Of a DNA stretch of 64,000 nt, positions 1-10,297 are shown piece after piece; position 1 is the first letter of the stretch; every line of letters starts with the position of its first letter. The position numbers and the translations under genes are program-made. Source of the DNA: Peptococcaceae bacterium SCADC1_2_3. Its GTDB lineage: Bacteria > Bacillota > Desulfotomaculia > Desulfotomaculales > Nap2-2B. The notes beneath the pieces were generated by a model. That model was not told the DNA's origin and did not search any database. It saw only the letters and a list, made by a program, of their open reading frames with translations. The stretch is from contig JJNX02000003.1 in NCBI GenBank assembly GCA_000681355.2, positions 12,917 through 76,916 on the forward strand, written 5' to 3'.

Positions 1-1662
1 GGGAACATTATGGGACTGCTGAGCCCGGCTGAAAAAAGCCGCTAATATTGCTGCCTCATGAAGAGTGGTGGGGGGTACAGGCTGGCCGTTGGTTTTTATA
101 ACCACGTGGGAACCGGGAATTTCCTTAGTGTGCAACCACACGTCATTTTCTTGGGCCAGACGCATAGTCAGGTAATCATTTTGCCGGTTATTTTTTCCTA
201 CCAGGATGGTTAAGTTATCGGAGGAAATAAATTTTAAAGGAGCGCTGGTTTTTTGTTTGGGTTTGGGTTTATCTTTACTTTTTTGGCCGGTGGTTGTTTT
301 AGCCAGGTAGCCGGTAGTCATAAGCTCCTGGCTTATTTCGGCCAGGTCGGATAGCGTGCTTGCCTGCTGCAAAGCGGTTTCCACGCTTAAAAGATAAAAC
401 CGCTCCTGGCGAGCATTTTCCAGCAGCGGTTGGATAGCCAGGCGGGTTTTTTTAGCCTTTTGATACTTTTTAAAAAAGGCATTAGCGTTTTCAACCGGGG
501 AAAGCTGCGGGTCCAGGGAAATTAAAACGCGGGATGAAAGATCATGGAAATTGGCTAAACTTACTTCAGTTAATCCCTTTTCTAAACAGTGGGCGTTAGC
601 CAGCAACAGTTTGCCGTATAACTTAAATTTTTCGGCTTTGTCAGCTTCCGTAAGGTTTTCTTCCCAAGTGGAAATTTTTTTGGCCTGGTAATTTATTTCT
701 TTTTGGACTAAAGAAATTAAGCGCTGTTTTTTCTGGTTAAAACAGGAACGCTCCTCTTGAAAGGTAAAAAACTGGTCAACAATGACATTCATGGTGGCCT
801 TACGAGCCGTCAGTATTCTCAAATGGGTTAAAGGAAAAGCATCAAATTCTACCGGTTCCCCAGCTTCATTAACCATAAGCGCAGGCGGAAAGTTACTCTC
901 CCTGACCGCCTGGCAAAGAAGTTTTAGTTTTTGCCCCAGGACATTTATTTCGTATTCCCCGCACTCGTTTAGGGTTAAGTCTGCCGGCAGTCCGGCGCGG
1001 TAAATTATTTCCCGGCTCATTAAGGTACTCAATCCCTCAAAGCGCCGCTGTATAATTTGCTCTAGTTTGGCTGCCAGAGGTTGTTGCCAGATGTTCTCCT
1101 GAAAAATCGCTTCGTTTAAAGTATCAAGGGCAAGCTTATCCTGTTTTGGCGGGTGAAGGTAAGTACGGCCTGGCAGGACTTCCCGGTAGCGGCTAAGATT
1201 AAATGAGTATCGTTTTATACTGTCAATAATTATTTGGGTAGCCGCGTCTACCAGGATAACGTTGCTATGTTTTCCCATTAATTCACAAACCAGGTTTTTT
1301 TGGGTTAACTGGTTTATCTCATTTCTTACTTCAATTTGAAAGACTAATATTCTTTCCAGACCTTCCTGGGTCAGGCCAACAATACGTCCTCCCTCTAAAT
1401 GTTTGCGTAAGACCATACAAAAAAGAGGCGGTGAAGCCGGATTTTCCTTTGTTTGTTCGGTCAGGTGAATTCTTGCCTCGTTGGCGTGGGCAGAAATTAA
1501 AAGCCGATTCCGTTTTCCCGGCTGGCGCAAGACAATATTTAACTCCAAAGGGGCAGGTTGATAAATCCGGTCAATCCGGCTGCCCAATAAGGGCGTTAAA
1601 TTTAACGCCCCGTCAATTAACTCTTTTTTTATCGCGGCTAAAACAAGTCCGTCAAAAGGCAC
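1..1662 (-). CDS. rqcH: RqcH/FbpA-type NFACT ribosome quality control protein (YloA homologue); C-terminal end lies outside the window
   Basis: Absent from the ORF track because its stop lies left of the window. Manual reverse translation from GTG (1662-1660) stays open to position 1. It reads VPFDGLVLAAIKKEL...LFCMVLRKHLEGGRIVG...KFISSDNLTILVGKNNRQNDYLT...EIPGSHVVIK, with NFACT-N, coiled-coil and NFACT-R/DUF814-like parts. It is divergent from yloB as in B. subtilis yloA-yloB. Confidence 0.85.
   Translation of the reverse strand, partial: MPFDGLVLAAIKKELIDGALNLTPLLGSRIDRIYQPAPLELNIVLRQPGKRNRLLISAHANEARIHLTEQTKENPASPPLFCMVLRKHLEGGRIVGLTQEGLERILVFQIEVRNEINQLTQKNLVCELMGKHSNVILVDAATQIIIDSIKRYSFNLSRYREVLPGRTYLHPPKQDKLALDTLNEAIFQENIWQQPLAAKLEQIIQRRFEGLSTLMSREIIYRAGLPADLTLNECGEYEINVLGQKLKLLCQAVRESNFPPALMVNEAGEPVEFDAFPLTHLRILTARKATMNVIVDQFFTFQEERSCFNQKKQRLISLVQKEINYQAKKISTWEENLTEADKAEKFKLYGKLLLANAHCLEKGLTEVSLANFHDLSSRVLISLDPQLSPVENANAFFKKYQKAKKTRLAIQPLLENARQERFYLLSVETALQQASTLSDLAEISQELMTTGYLAKTTTGQKSKDKPKPKQKTSAPLKFISSDNLTILVGKNNRQNDYLTMRLAQENDVWLHTKEIPGSHVVIKTNGQPVPPTTLHEAAILAAFFSRAQQSHNVP
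1591..1611. repeat. REP-A palindrome copy (gggcgttaaatttaacgcccc) inside the rqcH coding sequence
   Basis: Perfect palindrome identical to the intergenic copies at 29793, 33518 and 35143. It encodes GALNLTP in frame. Confidence 0.85.
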
Positions 1663-1685
1663 GGTTTTTTACTCCCTAACCAACT

Positions 1686-1739
1686 TGGTCGTTAGTCGTT
1701 GGTCGTTGGTAGGTGTTTTTCCTAATGACCAACGACTAA
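1686..1739. repeat. Heptamer-array hairpin (GGTCGTT-type units)
   Basis: The sequence ggtcgtt agtcgtt ggtcgtt is followed by a perfect 13-nt complement: ttagtcgttggtc (1692-1704) pairs with gaccaacgactaa (1727-1739). Confidence 0.8.
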
Positions 1740-1780
1740 TCAATAACTACCAATTGTAGTTACCCGGCTATCGGTTTATC

Positions 1781-1808
1781 GTAGGGGCGTTAAATATAAC
1801 GTCCCTAC
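1781..1808. repeat. REP-A palindrome, degenerate copy
   Basis: gtaggggcgttaaatataacgtccctac. A partial direct repeat of its left flank (ggtttatcgt.ggggtgttatat) lies at 1850-1872. Confidence 0.75.
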
Positions 1809-1931
1809 CAGGCAGCATCATATCAATTTTTTAACCTTTTCGCAAGCCGGGTTTATCGTCGGGGTGTTATATTTTTCCTTATTTTTGCATATTTATAATG
1901 GCAAATCAACTAAGGAAGGAGGGAAGGTATT

Positions 1932-4703
1932 ATGCACTGGCCTGCTTTAAACCCAAAAGAGCTGGCGGAAGCATTGCAAACTGATCTAAGTAGAGGGTTA
2001 ACGGAAAAAGAGGCCCAAAAAAGGCAAGCCCAGTTTGGTCATAATCAATTAATAACGGCCAGGCAAACCCCTTTATGGATGGTTTTTATAAATCAGTTTG
2101 GCGATTTTATGGTCTTAATTTTACTGGTGGCGACTATTATTTCTGTTTTTTTGGGTGAATTTGCCGACGCGGCCACCATAATGGTCATTGTTATTTTAAA
2201 TGCCTGTTTGGGTTGTTTTCAGGAATACCGGGCCGAACGCTCTTTAAGGGCCTTAAAAGAACTAACCGCTCCTATGGCTTACGTGAAAAGAAACAACCTG
2301 GGACAAAAAATTCCGGCTCACGACCTCGTGCCGGGTGACCTTGTTTTTTTGGAAACGGGAGACCGGGTACCGGCCGATTTACGTCTTATTCAGGCGGCTG
2401 ATTTTGAAGTTGAAGAAGCTATCTTAACCGGTGAATCAATGCCGGTAAAAAAAACCGTGCAAACCTTGCCCAAAACTCCTCTGTCCTTGCAAGACGCTTG
2501 TAATATGGTTTATGCGGGTACCGTAGTGACCCGGGGGCGGGGTCAAGGGGTAGTGGTGGCCACCGGAATGAGTACGGAAATGGGACATATCGCCACCATG
2601 TTACAGGAAATAACTATTCAACAGACACCCTTGCAACAGCAGTTAGCGCACACAGGCCGCAGCCTGGTTATTTTTTGCCTGGGCATTTGCGCGCTGCTTA
2701 TTCTGGCCGGCGTTTACCGGGGGGAGCCGGTTTACCAGATGCTTTTAGCCGGAGTAAGCCTGGCTGTAGCCGCAATTCCAGAGGGACTGCCGGCTGTTGT
2801 GACCATAGTTTTGGCTCTAGGGGTGCAGCGAATGATCCGGCGGCAGGCAGTTATCCGGAAACTGCCGGCCATTGAAACCCTGGGTTGCACCACGGTCATT
2901 TGTGCCGATAAGACAGGCACCCTTACCCAAAATGAAATGACCGTATGCCAAATAACCCTTGGGTACGAGCGGATAGATGTAACCGGGCGCGGCTTCGAAC
3001 CGAAAGGGGAGTTTATCCCGGCCACGGTAGATAAAAAAGACGAGTTTTGGCTATTTCTTAAAACTGCCGCTTTGTGCAACAACGCTGTTCTTAAGCGGGG
3101 CAAGATTAGCCTTCCCGGTTTATGGCGGGGAATAAGACAAAGTAGGCCGGAGCACCTTTGGGGAATTCACGGTGACCCGACAGAAGGAGCCTTTTTAGTA
3201 ATGGCCGCTAAAAAAGGAATTTGGCGGGAAGAATTGGAAAAAAAGGAACAAAGGGTGGCTGAAATTCCTTTTGAGGCGGAGCGAAAATTAATGACGGTAG
3301 TTTACCGCCAGTCAAATAAAAAGTTAACCGCTTATACTAAGGGAGCCCCTGAAGTTTTACTTGATGTATGCACCCATTATTACCAGAGAGGTCGCCTTAT
3401 TCCTCTTAACCGGAAGGACAAAGAAAAATTTTTTAAACTAAACAATGATTTAGCCGGTCAAGCCTTGCGTGTTTTAGCCCTGGCTTACCGTGAACTGTCT
3501 CAAGACCTGGTTGAATTTAGCGCCCCCGTCGTAGAGCAAAAACTTATTTTTCTTGGTCTTGCGGCCAGTATTGATCCACCCCGGTTAAGTGCCGTGACCG
3601 CAGTAAAAAAATGCCGGCAGGCCGGGATTAAGGTAATCATGATTACGGGTGATCATTTAATTACGGCTAAAGCAATAGCCAAAGAATTGGATTTAGATAA
3701 ACCGGAAAGTCAGGCTTTAACCGGCAGTGCCTTAGAGGCTATGTCTGATGAAGAGTTAAACCGGACAGTTAAAACAGTATCCGTATTTGCCCGCGTTTCG
3801 CCAAAACACAAACTGCGTATTGTCCAATCACTAAAGAAAGCGGGTGAGGTGGTGGCCATGACCGGTGACGGGGTAAATGACGCCCCGGCCATTAAGGAAG
3901 CAAACATTGGAATTGCCATGGGCCAAAAAGGAACTGACGTGGCCCGGGAAGCAGCCGCCATGGTGTTAACGGACGACGACTTTACTTCTATTGTGGCGGC
4001 GGTAGAAGAAGGCCGCGGGGTATACGCCAATATCCGTAAGTTTATCCGCTACCTTTTAAGCTGCAATACGGGGGAGGTGCTGGTAATGTTTCTGGCCCTG
4101 CTATCCGGTTTACCTCTTCCTTTGGTGCCTATCCAAATTTTGTGGATGAATCTGGTTACTGACGGGTTACCGGCTATGGCCTTAGGAGTTGAACCGCCCG
4201 AAAAGAATATTATGCACCGGCCTCCTCGCCAACCAGAAGAAAGTATTTTTGCGCAGGGTATGGGGGGGCAAATTCTAAGCAGCGGCTTTTTTATTGGCCT
4301 GGGGACGTTGCTGATTTTTGCTTTTTACTTAAGGGAAAGCGGTAATTTGACTTTAGCCCGGACCATAGCTTTTTGCACCCTGGTGTTTTTCCAGTTATTT
4401 TATGTATTTACCTGCCGGACGGAAGATTATACTCTTAAGTGGTCTAATCTTTTTGCCAATTCCCTGCTGGTTATGGCGGTGTTATTTTCTTTGCTGTTGC
4501 AAATAATGGTAATATACCTCCCATTTTTGCAGCGCGTTTTTCACACCACCCCCTTAAACCTGGAGCATTGGGTGGTAATTACTCTTACGGCGCTTACTTT
4601 ACCCTTGTTTAACCTGCTTATTTACCAAAAAGCAAGTCTGCGTAAAAAAAATTTAACTATGGAGATGAAAAAGAAGGAAATAATAAATTTAAAGCGAATA
4701 TAG
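1932..4703 (+). CDS. yloB: P-type (SERCA-like) calcium-transporting ATPase
   Basis: 923-aa ORF with the CADKTGTLT phosphorylation motif, ITGDHLITA, the [13 protein letters not shown] hinge and multiple TM segments. Position matches Bacillus yloB. Confidence 0.9.
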   Translation: MHWPALNPKELAEALQTDLSRGLTEKEAQKRQAQFGHNQLITARQTPLWMVFINQFGDFMVLILLVATIISVFLGEFADAATIMVIVILNACLGCFQEYRAERSLRALKELTAPMAYVKRNNLGQKIPAHDLVPGDLVFLETGDRVPADLRLIQAADFEVEEAILTGESMPVKKTVQTLPKTPLSLQDACNMVYAGTVVTRGRGQGVVVATGMSTEMGHIATMLQEITIQQTPLQQQLAHTGRSLVIFCLGICALLILAGVYRGEPVYQMLLAGVSLAVAAIPEGLPAVVTIVLALGVQRMIRRQAVIRKLPAIETLGCTTVICADKTGTLTQNEMTVCQITLGYERIDVTGRGFEPKGEFIPATVDKKDEFWLFLKTAALCNNAVLKRGKISLPGLWRGIRQSRPEHLWGIHGDPTEGAFLVMAAKKGIWREELEKKEQRVAEIPFEAERKLMTVVYRQSNKKLTAYTKGAPEVLLDVCTHYYQRGRLIPLNRKDKEKFFKLNNDLAGQALRVLALAYRELSQDLVEFSAPVVEQKLIFLGLAASIDPPRLSAVTAVKKCRQAGIKVIMITGDHLITAKAIAKELDLDKPESQALTGSALEAMSDEELNRTVKTVSVFARVSPKHKLRIVQSLKKAGEVVAMTGDGVNDAPAIKEANIGIAMGQKGTDVAREAAAMVLTDDDFTSIVAAVEEGRGVYANIRKFIRYLLSCNTGEVLVMFLALLSGLPLPLVPIQILWMNLVTDGLPAMALGVEPPEKNIMHRPPRQPEESIFAQGMGGQILSSGFFIGLGTLLIFAFYLRESGNLTLARTIAFCTLVFFQLFYVFTCRTEDYTLKWSNLFANSLLVMAVLFSLLLQIMVIYLPFLQRVFHTTPLNLEHWVVITLTALTLPLFNLLIYQKASLRKKNLTMEMKKKEIINLKRI

Positions 4704-4751
4704 CCGCATATAAAGGCAAAATCTGAGGCAGGAGCAAAAATCGTAAGTAAA

Positions 4752-5618
4752 ATGAAATTTGTAAAGATGCATGGTCTGGGTAATGACTTTGTCCTTATTG
4801 ATTTTGTGGGGAGCGGGTTAGAGCAGGTTGGGCTCATTGAAACAAAGGACCTGAAAGCTATGGCGCAAAGAATATGCCTGCGCCATTTTGGAATAGGGGC
4901 TGACGGGTTGGTAATCCTTTTGCCCGGCGAAAAAGCAAGGGTACGGATGCGGATATTTAATCCTGATGGCAGCGAAGCCGAAATGTGCGGTAATGCCATC
5001 CGTTGCGTGGCGGCGTACCTTTACCGCCATGGTTTGCTAGAGCAAGACGAAACCAGGGAAATAAAGGTTGAAACCTTAGCGGGAATTATGATTCCTAAAT
5101 TAATAATTACCAAAGAAGGAGAAGTGAAAGCCGTTCAAGTGGATATGGGAGAACCCCGTCTGGAAAGAGCTGAAATTCCCATGCTTGGTCCATCAGGTCC
5201 GGTAATAAACGAACCCTTAAAAGTTGGGTCGGTTACCGTTAAAGTAACCGCTGTTTCCATGGGCAACCCTCACTGTCTGGTTTTTGTTGACTTCGAACAT
5301 CGAACCTCGAACATCGAACTTCGAATAGGGCCGCAACTGGAAAACCACCCTGTTTTTCCTCAACGGACTAACGTCGAATTTATCCAGGTCTTAAACCGGA
5401 GCAATATAAAAGTGCGGGTTTGGGAACGTGGGGCCGGAGCTACTCTGGCCTGTGGGACGGGTGCTTGCGCGGCTTTAGTGGGATGTGTTTTAAATAATTT
5501 TACTGACCGCCAGGTAATTGTACACCTGCCAGGAGGAGATTTGGACGTGTCCTGGGGGGAGGATAATCATGTATACTTAACCGGTCCGGCAGAAGAAGTC
5601 TTTACAGGAGAATTTTAA
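4752..5618 (+). CDS. dapF: Diaminopimelate epimerase
   Basis: 288 aa. Motifs: [17 protein letters not shown] and both catalytic Cys motifs ([16 protein letters not shown]). Confidence 0.9.
   Translation: MKFVKMHGLGNDFVLIDFVGSGLEQVGLIETKDLKAMAQRICLRHFGIGADGLVILLPGEKARVRMRIFNPDGSEAEMCGNAIRCVAAYLYRHGLLEQDETREIKVETLAGIMIPKLIITKEGEVKAVQVDMGEPRLERAEIPMLGPSGPVINEPLKVGSVTVKVTAVSMGNPHCLVFVDFEHRTSNIELRIGPQLENHPVFPQRTNVEFIQVLNRSNIKVRVWERGAGATLACGTGACAALVGCVLNNFTDRQVIVHLPGGDLDVSWGEDNHVYLTGPAEEVFTGEF
5293..5327. repeat. Tandem heptamer array TCGAACN x5 inside dapF
   Basis: tcgaaca tcgaacc tcgaaca tcgaact tcgaata. Encodes [12 protein letters not shown] in frame. Same unit family as the uvrC array. Confidence 0.85.
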
Positions 5619-5667
5619 AGGTTTAAAATGTTTGTTGCCATTATTTTAAGCAAGGGGGTTTTTATTT

Positions 5668-6846
5668 TTGCCCTTTATTGAAGCCCAAAGGATAAAAAAT
5701 TTGCCACCCTATTTATTTACCCGAATTGAACAATTAATTGCCCAAAAACAAAAAGAAGGGGTGGATGTTATTAATTTAGGGATTGGTGATCCGGACCAGC
5801 CTACACCAGAACATATTGTCCAAACCTTAATTAAAGAGGCTCAGAACCCGGCCAATCACCAGTACCCTACTTCAAGCGGGATGTTAGCCTACCGCCAAGC
5901 GATAGCTGACTGGTATGAAAATCGCTTTGGCGTTAAACTTAATCCCCAAACAGAAATTGTTTCTTTGATTGGCTCAAAGGAAGGAATAGCCCATATATCC
6001 TGGTGCTATCTTGACCCGGGAGATGTTGTTTTAGTGCCTGATCCGGCCTATCCTGTTTATGCCGGAGGGGCTGTTTTAGCCGGGGCAGTACCTTATTATC
6101 TTCCTTTAAAAGAGGAGCGGGGGTATCTGCCTGATTTAGCCGCCATACCTGTTGAGGTGGCTAAAAAAGCCAAGTTAATGTTTCTTAACTACCCTAATAA
6201 CCCTACCGGAGCCATAGCTCCAAAGTCTTTTTTTCAGGAAGTGGTTGCTTTTACCCGGGAGTTTAACCTTTTAGTTTGTCATGATGCTCCTTACACGGAA
6301 ATAGCTTACGATGGTTACCGGCCCTTAAGTTTTTTAGAGATTCCTTATGCTAAAGAAATAGGTATTGAATTTCATTCTTTATCAAAGACTTTTTGCATGA
6401 CCGGTTGGCGCATTGGTTGGGCGGCCGGTAACGCTGCCGTTATTGAGGCTTTAGGGAGGCTTAAAACAAATATTGACTCGGGCCAGTTTCAGGCTATCCA
6501 GTATGCGGCCATAGCCGGTCTGAAGGGGCCGGGTTACACAATCACCAGGGTAAACGAGCTCTACCAAGAGCGGCGGGATATTTTAGTAGACGGCTTTAAT
6601 TCCCTGGGCTGGTGCTTAAAAAAACCTCAGGCCGGTATTTACGTTTGGGCCCCTGTCCCGTCAGGACATACCTCCGAATCTTTTGCCGAATTGGTTTTAA
6701 ATAAAGCCGGGGTAGTGGTTACTCCCGGTACCGGCTATGGGGCTCACGGCGAGGGTTATTTCCGCATGTCTTTAACGGTTAGCACAAACCGTCTTAAAGA
6801 AGCAATAAGGCGAATTAAAGAGAGCATTGGTCCGGCAAAATTTTAA
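5668..6846 (+). CDS. dapL: LL-diaminopimelate aminotransferase (DapL, short clostridial type) or a closely related class I aminotransferase
   Basis: 392 aa with [17 protein letters not shown] and the [18 protein letters not shown]-lysine motif. Directly downstream of dapF. Confidence 0.7.
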   Translation: MPFIEAQRIKNLPPYLFTRIEQLIAQKQKEGVDVINLGIGDPDQPTPEHIVQTLIKEAQNPANHQYPTSSGMLAYRQAIADWYENRFGVKLNPQTEIVSLIGSKEGIAHISWCYLDPGDVVLVPDPAYPVYAGGAVLAGAVPYYLPLKEERGYLPDLAAIPVEVAKKAKLMFLNYPNNPTGAIAPKSFFQEVVAFTREFNLLVCHDAPYTEIAYDGYRPLSFLEIPYAKEIGIEFHSLSKTFCMTGWRIGWAAGNAAVIEALGRLKTNIDSGQFQAIQYAAIAGLKGPGYTITRVNELYQERRDILVDGFNSLGWCLKKPQAGIYVWAPVPSGHTSESFAELVLNKAGVVVTPGTGYGAHGEGYFRMSLTVSTNRLKEAIRRIKESIGPAKF

Positions 6847-6932
6847 GCAGAAGATTAAGAGGAAATAAAAAGGCTGATAAATGGAGTTATTTAAAGAACG
6901 GCTCCAAAAAATTGAGATAGGAGAGAAGAAAA

Positions 6933-8126
6933 ATGCGACTGGCTGCCCGGGCGCTTAATATTAGCCCTTCCCCCACTTTAACCATAGATGCCCAGGCCAA
7001 GAAAATGCAGGCGGCCGGCATACAAGTAATTAATTTTAGCGCCGGCGAACCGGATTTTGATACCCCAGAGCACATAAAACAAGCGGCTATAACTGCTTTA
7101 AATAAAGGGATGACCAAGTATACGCCGGTAGCCGGTACGCTTGAGTTAAAGAAGGCTATCCGTCAAAAATTAAAAACAGATAACCAGCTTGATTACCAAC
7201 CTGAGGAAATTGTGGTTACCGTGGGGGCAAAACACGCGTTATACAATGCCCTCCAAGTACTTTGCGGTGTACGCGACGAAGTAATTTTACCCGCTCCATA
7301 CTGGGTAAGTTATTTAGAACAAATTAAATTAGCGGAAAGCACCCCGGTAATTGTTCCCACCAAAGCAGAAAATAATTTTAAACTTACCCCCAAAGAACTG
7401 GCGGCGGCAATTAATGAGCGGACTAAATTAATTATTCTAAACAGCCCGGCTAATCCAACGGGAACAGTATATACCCCCGAAGAATTGGCGGCTTTAGGAG
7501 AAATTCTGGTTAAACATAAAATTTACCTAATTTCCGATGAAATTTACGAAAAATTAGTATATAATCAAATTAAACACGTAAGTATTGCTGCCCTGGACCA
7601 AAAATTAAAAGAGTTAACGGTGGTGGTAAACGGCGTATCTAAGGCTTATGCTATGACGGGCTGGCGAATTGGTTACGCGGCCGCCCCTTTAGATATAGCT
7701 AAGGCAATGGCGGACTTGCAAAGCCACTGCACCTCTAATCCTACCTCAATTGCGCAGGCTGCCAGCGTGGCCGCGCTATCGGGCTCTCAAGAGGACACTA
7801 AGGCAATGGCGGCCGTCTTTCAAAAGCGGCGTGATTTTATGTATCAAGAAGTGAGCGCTATCCCTGGTGTATCCTGTAACCTGCCTCAAGGAGCCTTTTA
7901 CCTTTTTCCTGACTTTAGCGCTTATTTTGGAAAACACTTTCAGGGAAAAGAAATTAAAGGAGCCAGTGATTTAGCGTCTGTTTGGTTAGAAAATATTCAG
8001 GTGGCGGTAGTCCCGGGAATTGCTTTTGGAGATGACCGGTTCATGCGTTTATCTTACGCTACTTCTCTGGAAAACATTAAGGAGGGAGTTAACCGGATAA
8101 AAACTTTTTTAGCGCGGCTTGAATAG
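6933..8126 (+). CDS. Aspartate/aromatic class I PLP-dependent aminotransferase
   Basis: 397 aa with NSPANPTG and SKAYAMTGWRIGY motifs. Confidence 0.8.
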   Translation: MRLAARALNISPSPTLTIDAQAKKMQAAGIQVINFSAGEPDFDTPEHIKQAAITALNKGMTKYTPVAGTLELKKAIRQKLKTDNQLDYQPEEIVVTVGAKHALYNALQVLCGVRDEVILPAPYWVSYLEQIKLAESTPVIVPTKAENNFKLTPKELAAAINERTKLIILNSPANPTGTVYTPEELAALGEILVKHKIYLISDEIYEKLVYNQIKHVSIAALDQKLKELTVVVNGVSKAYAMTGWRIGYAAAPLDIAKAMADLQSHCTSNPTSIAQAASVAALSGSQEDTKAMAAVFQKRRDFMYQEVSAIPGVSCNLPQGAFYLFPDFSAYFGKHFQGKEIKGASDLASVWLENIQVAVVPGIAFGDDRFMRLSYATSLENIKEGVNRIKTFLARLE

Positions 8127-8134
8127 TTATACAG

Positions 8135-9037
8135 GTGAAAGATGGTGAAAGTTTGTTAAAAAGCATGACCGGCTTTGGTCAAGGCGAAGCGTGCGCGGAA
8201 GGAAAAAAAGCTAAAGTAGAAATAAAAACCGTAAACCATCGTTTTTGTGAAATAGGGCTGCGTTTGCCTAAAAACCTGAATATTTTAGAGGAAAGAATCC
8301 GGCGAAAAATCCAGGAATATATCCACCGCGGACGGGTAGATGTTTTTATTAATGGTGAAGATTTAAAAAAGAAAAATATGACCGTAAAAGTTGACAAAGC
8401 TTTAGCGGCAACGTATTATAAGGCCGTAAAAGAATTACAGGATGAACTAGAAATACCTGGTAAAATTAAACTTGTGTCTTTGGTTAGTTTTCCGGGTGTT
8501 TTAGAAGTAGAAGTAATAGAAGAAAGCGAAGCTTACGAAGTATGGTGGTCGGTAGTAGAAAAAGCCTTAGATCAAGCTTTAATTAGCTTAAGCTTAATGC
8601 GCGAAAAAGAAGGCCAACAGTTGAAAAAGGACTTAACCGGCCACCTCCAGGGTATAGAGAAACTAAGTCAAAAAATTGAACAGCGTGCCCCTCTGGTAGT
8701 GGAAGAACACCATAAGCGTCTTAAAGGACGCTTAAAAGAGTGGTTAAACGATGGTCTTTTAGATCTAGAGAGAGTGTACGCTGAGGTAGCTATTTTTGCT
8801 GAACGCGCTAATATTTCCGAAGAGGTAACTCGCCTGTCTAGTCATTTAAAACAAACCTATTCCTGCCTGGAAGAAAATGAGCCTGTAGGTAGAAAAATTG
8901 AATTTTTGGTTCAAGAAATGAACCGGGAAATTAACACTATTACCGCCAAAGCAAATAGCTCGGAAATTAGTTGTTTGGTTATAGAGGCGAAAAGTGAATT
9001 GGAGAAGATACGTGAACAAGCCCAAAATATTGAATAA
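8135..9037 (+). CDS. yloC: YicC/YloC family endoribonuclease (exact start uncertain; possibly ATG 8166)
   Basis: MTGFGQGE N-terminus and C-terminal [14 protein letters not shown] (DUF1732-like). Synteny with remA-gmk. Confidence 0.85.
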   Translation: MKDGESLLKSMTGFGQGEACAEGKKAKVEIKTVNHRFCEIGLRLPKNLNILEERIRRKIQEYIHRGRVDVFINGEDLKKKNMTVKVDKALAATYYKAVKELQDELEIPGKIKLVSLVSFPGVLEVEVIEESEAYEVWWSVVEKALDQALISLSLMREKEGQQLKKDLTGHLQGIEKLSQKIEQRAPLVVEEHHKRLKGRLKEWLNDGLLDLERVYAEVAIFAERANISEEVTRLSSHLKQTYSCLEENEPVGRKIEFLVQEMNREINTITAKANSSEISCLVIEAKSELEKIREQAQNIE

Positions 9038-9056
9038 TATAAAGAGGAGGGGTTCC

Positions 9057-9347
9057 GTGGAGATTAAATTAATAAATATTGGCTTTGGTAATATTGTTTC
9101 CGCAAACAGGATTGTGGCTATCGTTAGTCCGGAATCGGCCCCGATTAAAAGAGTTATTAATGAGGCGCGTGAGCGGGGGATGTTAGTTGACGCTACTTAT
9201 GGACGGCGGACGCGCGCGGTTATAGTTACGGACAGTGACCACATAATTCTATCTGCTGTGCAACCAGAAACAGTAGCTCATCGTTTAGACAGGGAAACAG
9301 CACTAGCCCAAACCACAGGGGAAGAGGAGGAAGAAACTACCAGCTAA
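9057..9347 (+). CDS. remA: RemA/DUF370 family regulator of extracellular matrix genes
   Basis: GTG start after GAGGAGG. Sequence [31 protein letters not shown] closely matches RemA. The track ORF start at 8994 overlaps yloC and is unlikely. Confidence 0.85.
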   Translation: MEIKLINIGFGNIVSANRIVAIVSPESAPIKRVINEARERGMLVDATYGRRTRAVIVTDSDHIILSAVQPETVAHRLDRETALAQTTGEEEEETTS

Positions 9348-9432
9348 ATTATTTTTATAAGACAAATACATAGGTCAATCGTCCCGATTGACATTCCTTA
9401 AAAGAGAGATTAAAGGAGATTAAAAGAGACTT

Positions 9433-10029
9433 GTGAGTCAAAACCAGGGTTTGTTGATTGTTTTATCCGGTCCTTCCGGGGTGGGAAAGGGAACAGTTTG
9501 TCAGGCCCTATTAAGTAAGCTACCGGGTCTTAAATTGTCGGTTTCAGTTACCACCAGACCACCCAGAGTTGGTGAGGTAGAAGGAATTAATTATTATTTT
9601 GTAAATAAAAAAAAGTTTTTTGAAATGCTCTCCCAAGATAAGTTACTGGAATGGGCGAAAGTTTATGATTTTTTATACGGAACGCCTCGTGAAGAGACAG
9701 AAAGCATTTTAAACCAGGGTGAAGATTTAATTTTAGAAATTGACGTTCAGGGAGGCATACAGGTTAAGCAAAAGTTTTCCAGCGCCGTAATCATTTTTCT
9801 TTACCCTCCATCAATGGAAGAATTATTACACCGGTTAAAAAAACGAGCCAGTGATTCACCGGAGGATATTCAAAAACGGTTACATTGGGCCGCTAAAGAA
9901 ATCCAGGTGTACACCCAGTACGATTATGTGGTGGTTAACGATATAGTAGAAAATGCCGTGTCCAAAATCCAGGCTATTTTAACCGCGGAAAAATGTAGAC
10001 CCTGGCGAAGCTTGAGCCAAGGAAAGTAA
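9433..10029 (+). CDS. gmk: Guanylate kinase
   Basis: GPSGVGKGT P-loop and TTRPPRVGEVEGINYYFV. Confidence 0.9.
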   Translation: MSQNQGLLIVLSGPSGVGKGTVCQALLSKLPGLKLSVSVTTRPPRVGEVEGINYYFVNKKKFFEMLSQDKLLEWAKVYDFLYGTPREETESILNQGEDLILEIDVQGGIQVKQKFSSAVIIFLYPPSMEELLHRLKKRASDSPEDIQKRLHWAAKEIQVYTQYDYVVVNDIVENAVSKIQAILTAEKCRPWRSLSQGK

Positions 10030-10072
10030 AGGAAAATAGGGGATAAGTCACCGCGACTTGGGAGGTCGAGTT

Positions 10073-10297
10073 ATGAAAGAAGAGGTATCCCTTGATGAAC
10101 TATTAAAAAAAGTAGACAGCCGTTTTACTTTAGTAGCTATTATCTCTAAGAGAGCCAGGATGTTGGCCGAAAAAGAAGCTGAGCAAAGTGAAAACAACAC
10201 CGCGAACCCGGTAGAGGCAGCTTTAGAAGAGTTAGCTAAAAATAAGATTACTTATCGGTTTCTTAAATCTAAAAAAGATAAGGGTAAATTATGCTGA
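10073..10297 (+). CDS. rpoZ: DNA-directed RNA polymerase subunit omega
   Basis: ATG after GGGAGG. Small protein with the SRFTLVAIISKRARML motif. Position is between gmk and coaBC. Confidence 0.8.
   Translation: MKEEVSLDELLKKVDSRFTLVAIISKRARMLAEKEAEQSENNTANPVEAALEELAKNKITYRFLKSKKDKGKLC

Noticed and set aside
782-1679. Plus-strand track ORFs 782-1003 and 1431-1679
   Set aside because: Both lie antisense within the long open rqcH frame, whose translation shows clear NFACT motifs. They have no motifs or RBS of their own.
8994-9056. Extended remA ORF start at 8994
   Set aside because: It overlaps the yloC 3' end. The conserved RemA N-terminus begins at the GTG at 9057, which has a strong GAGGAGG RBS.
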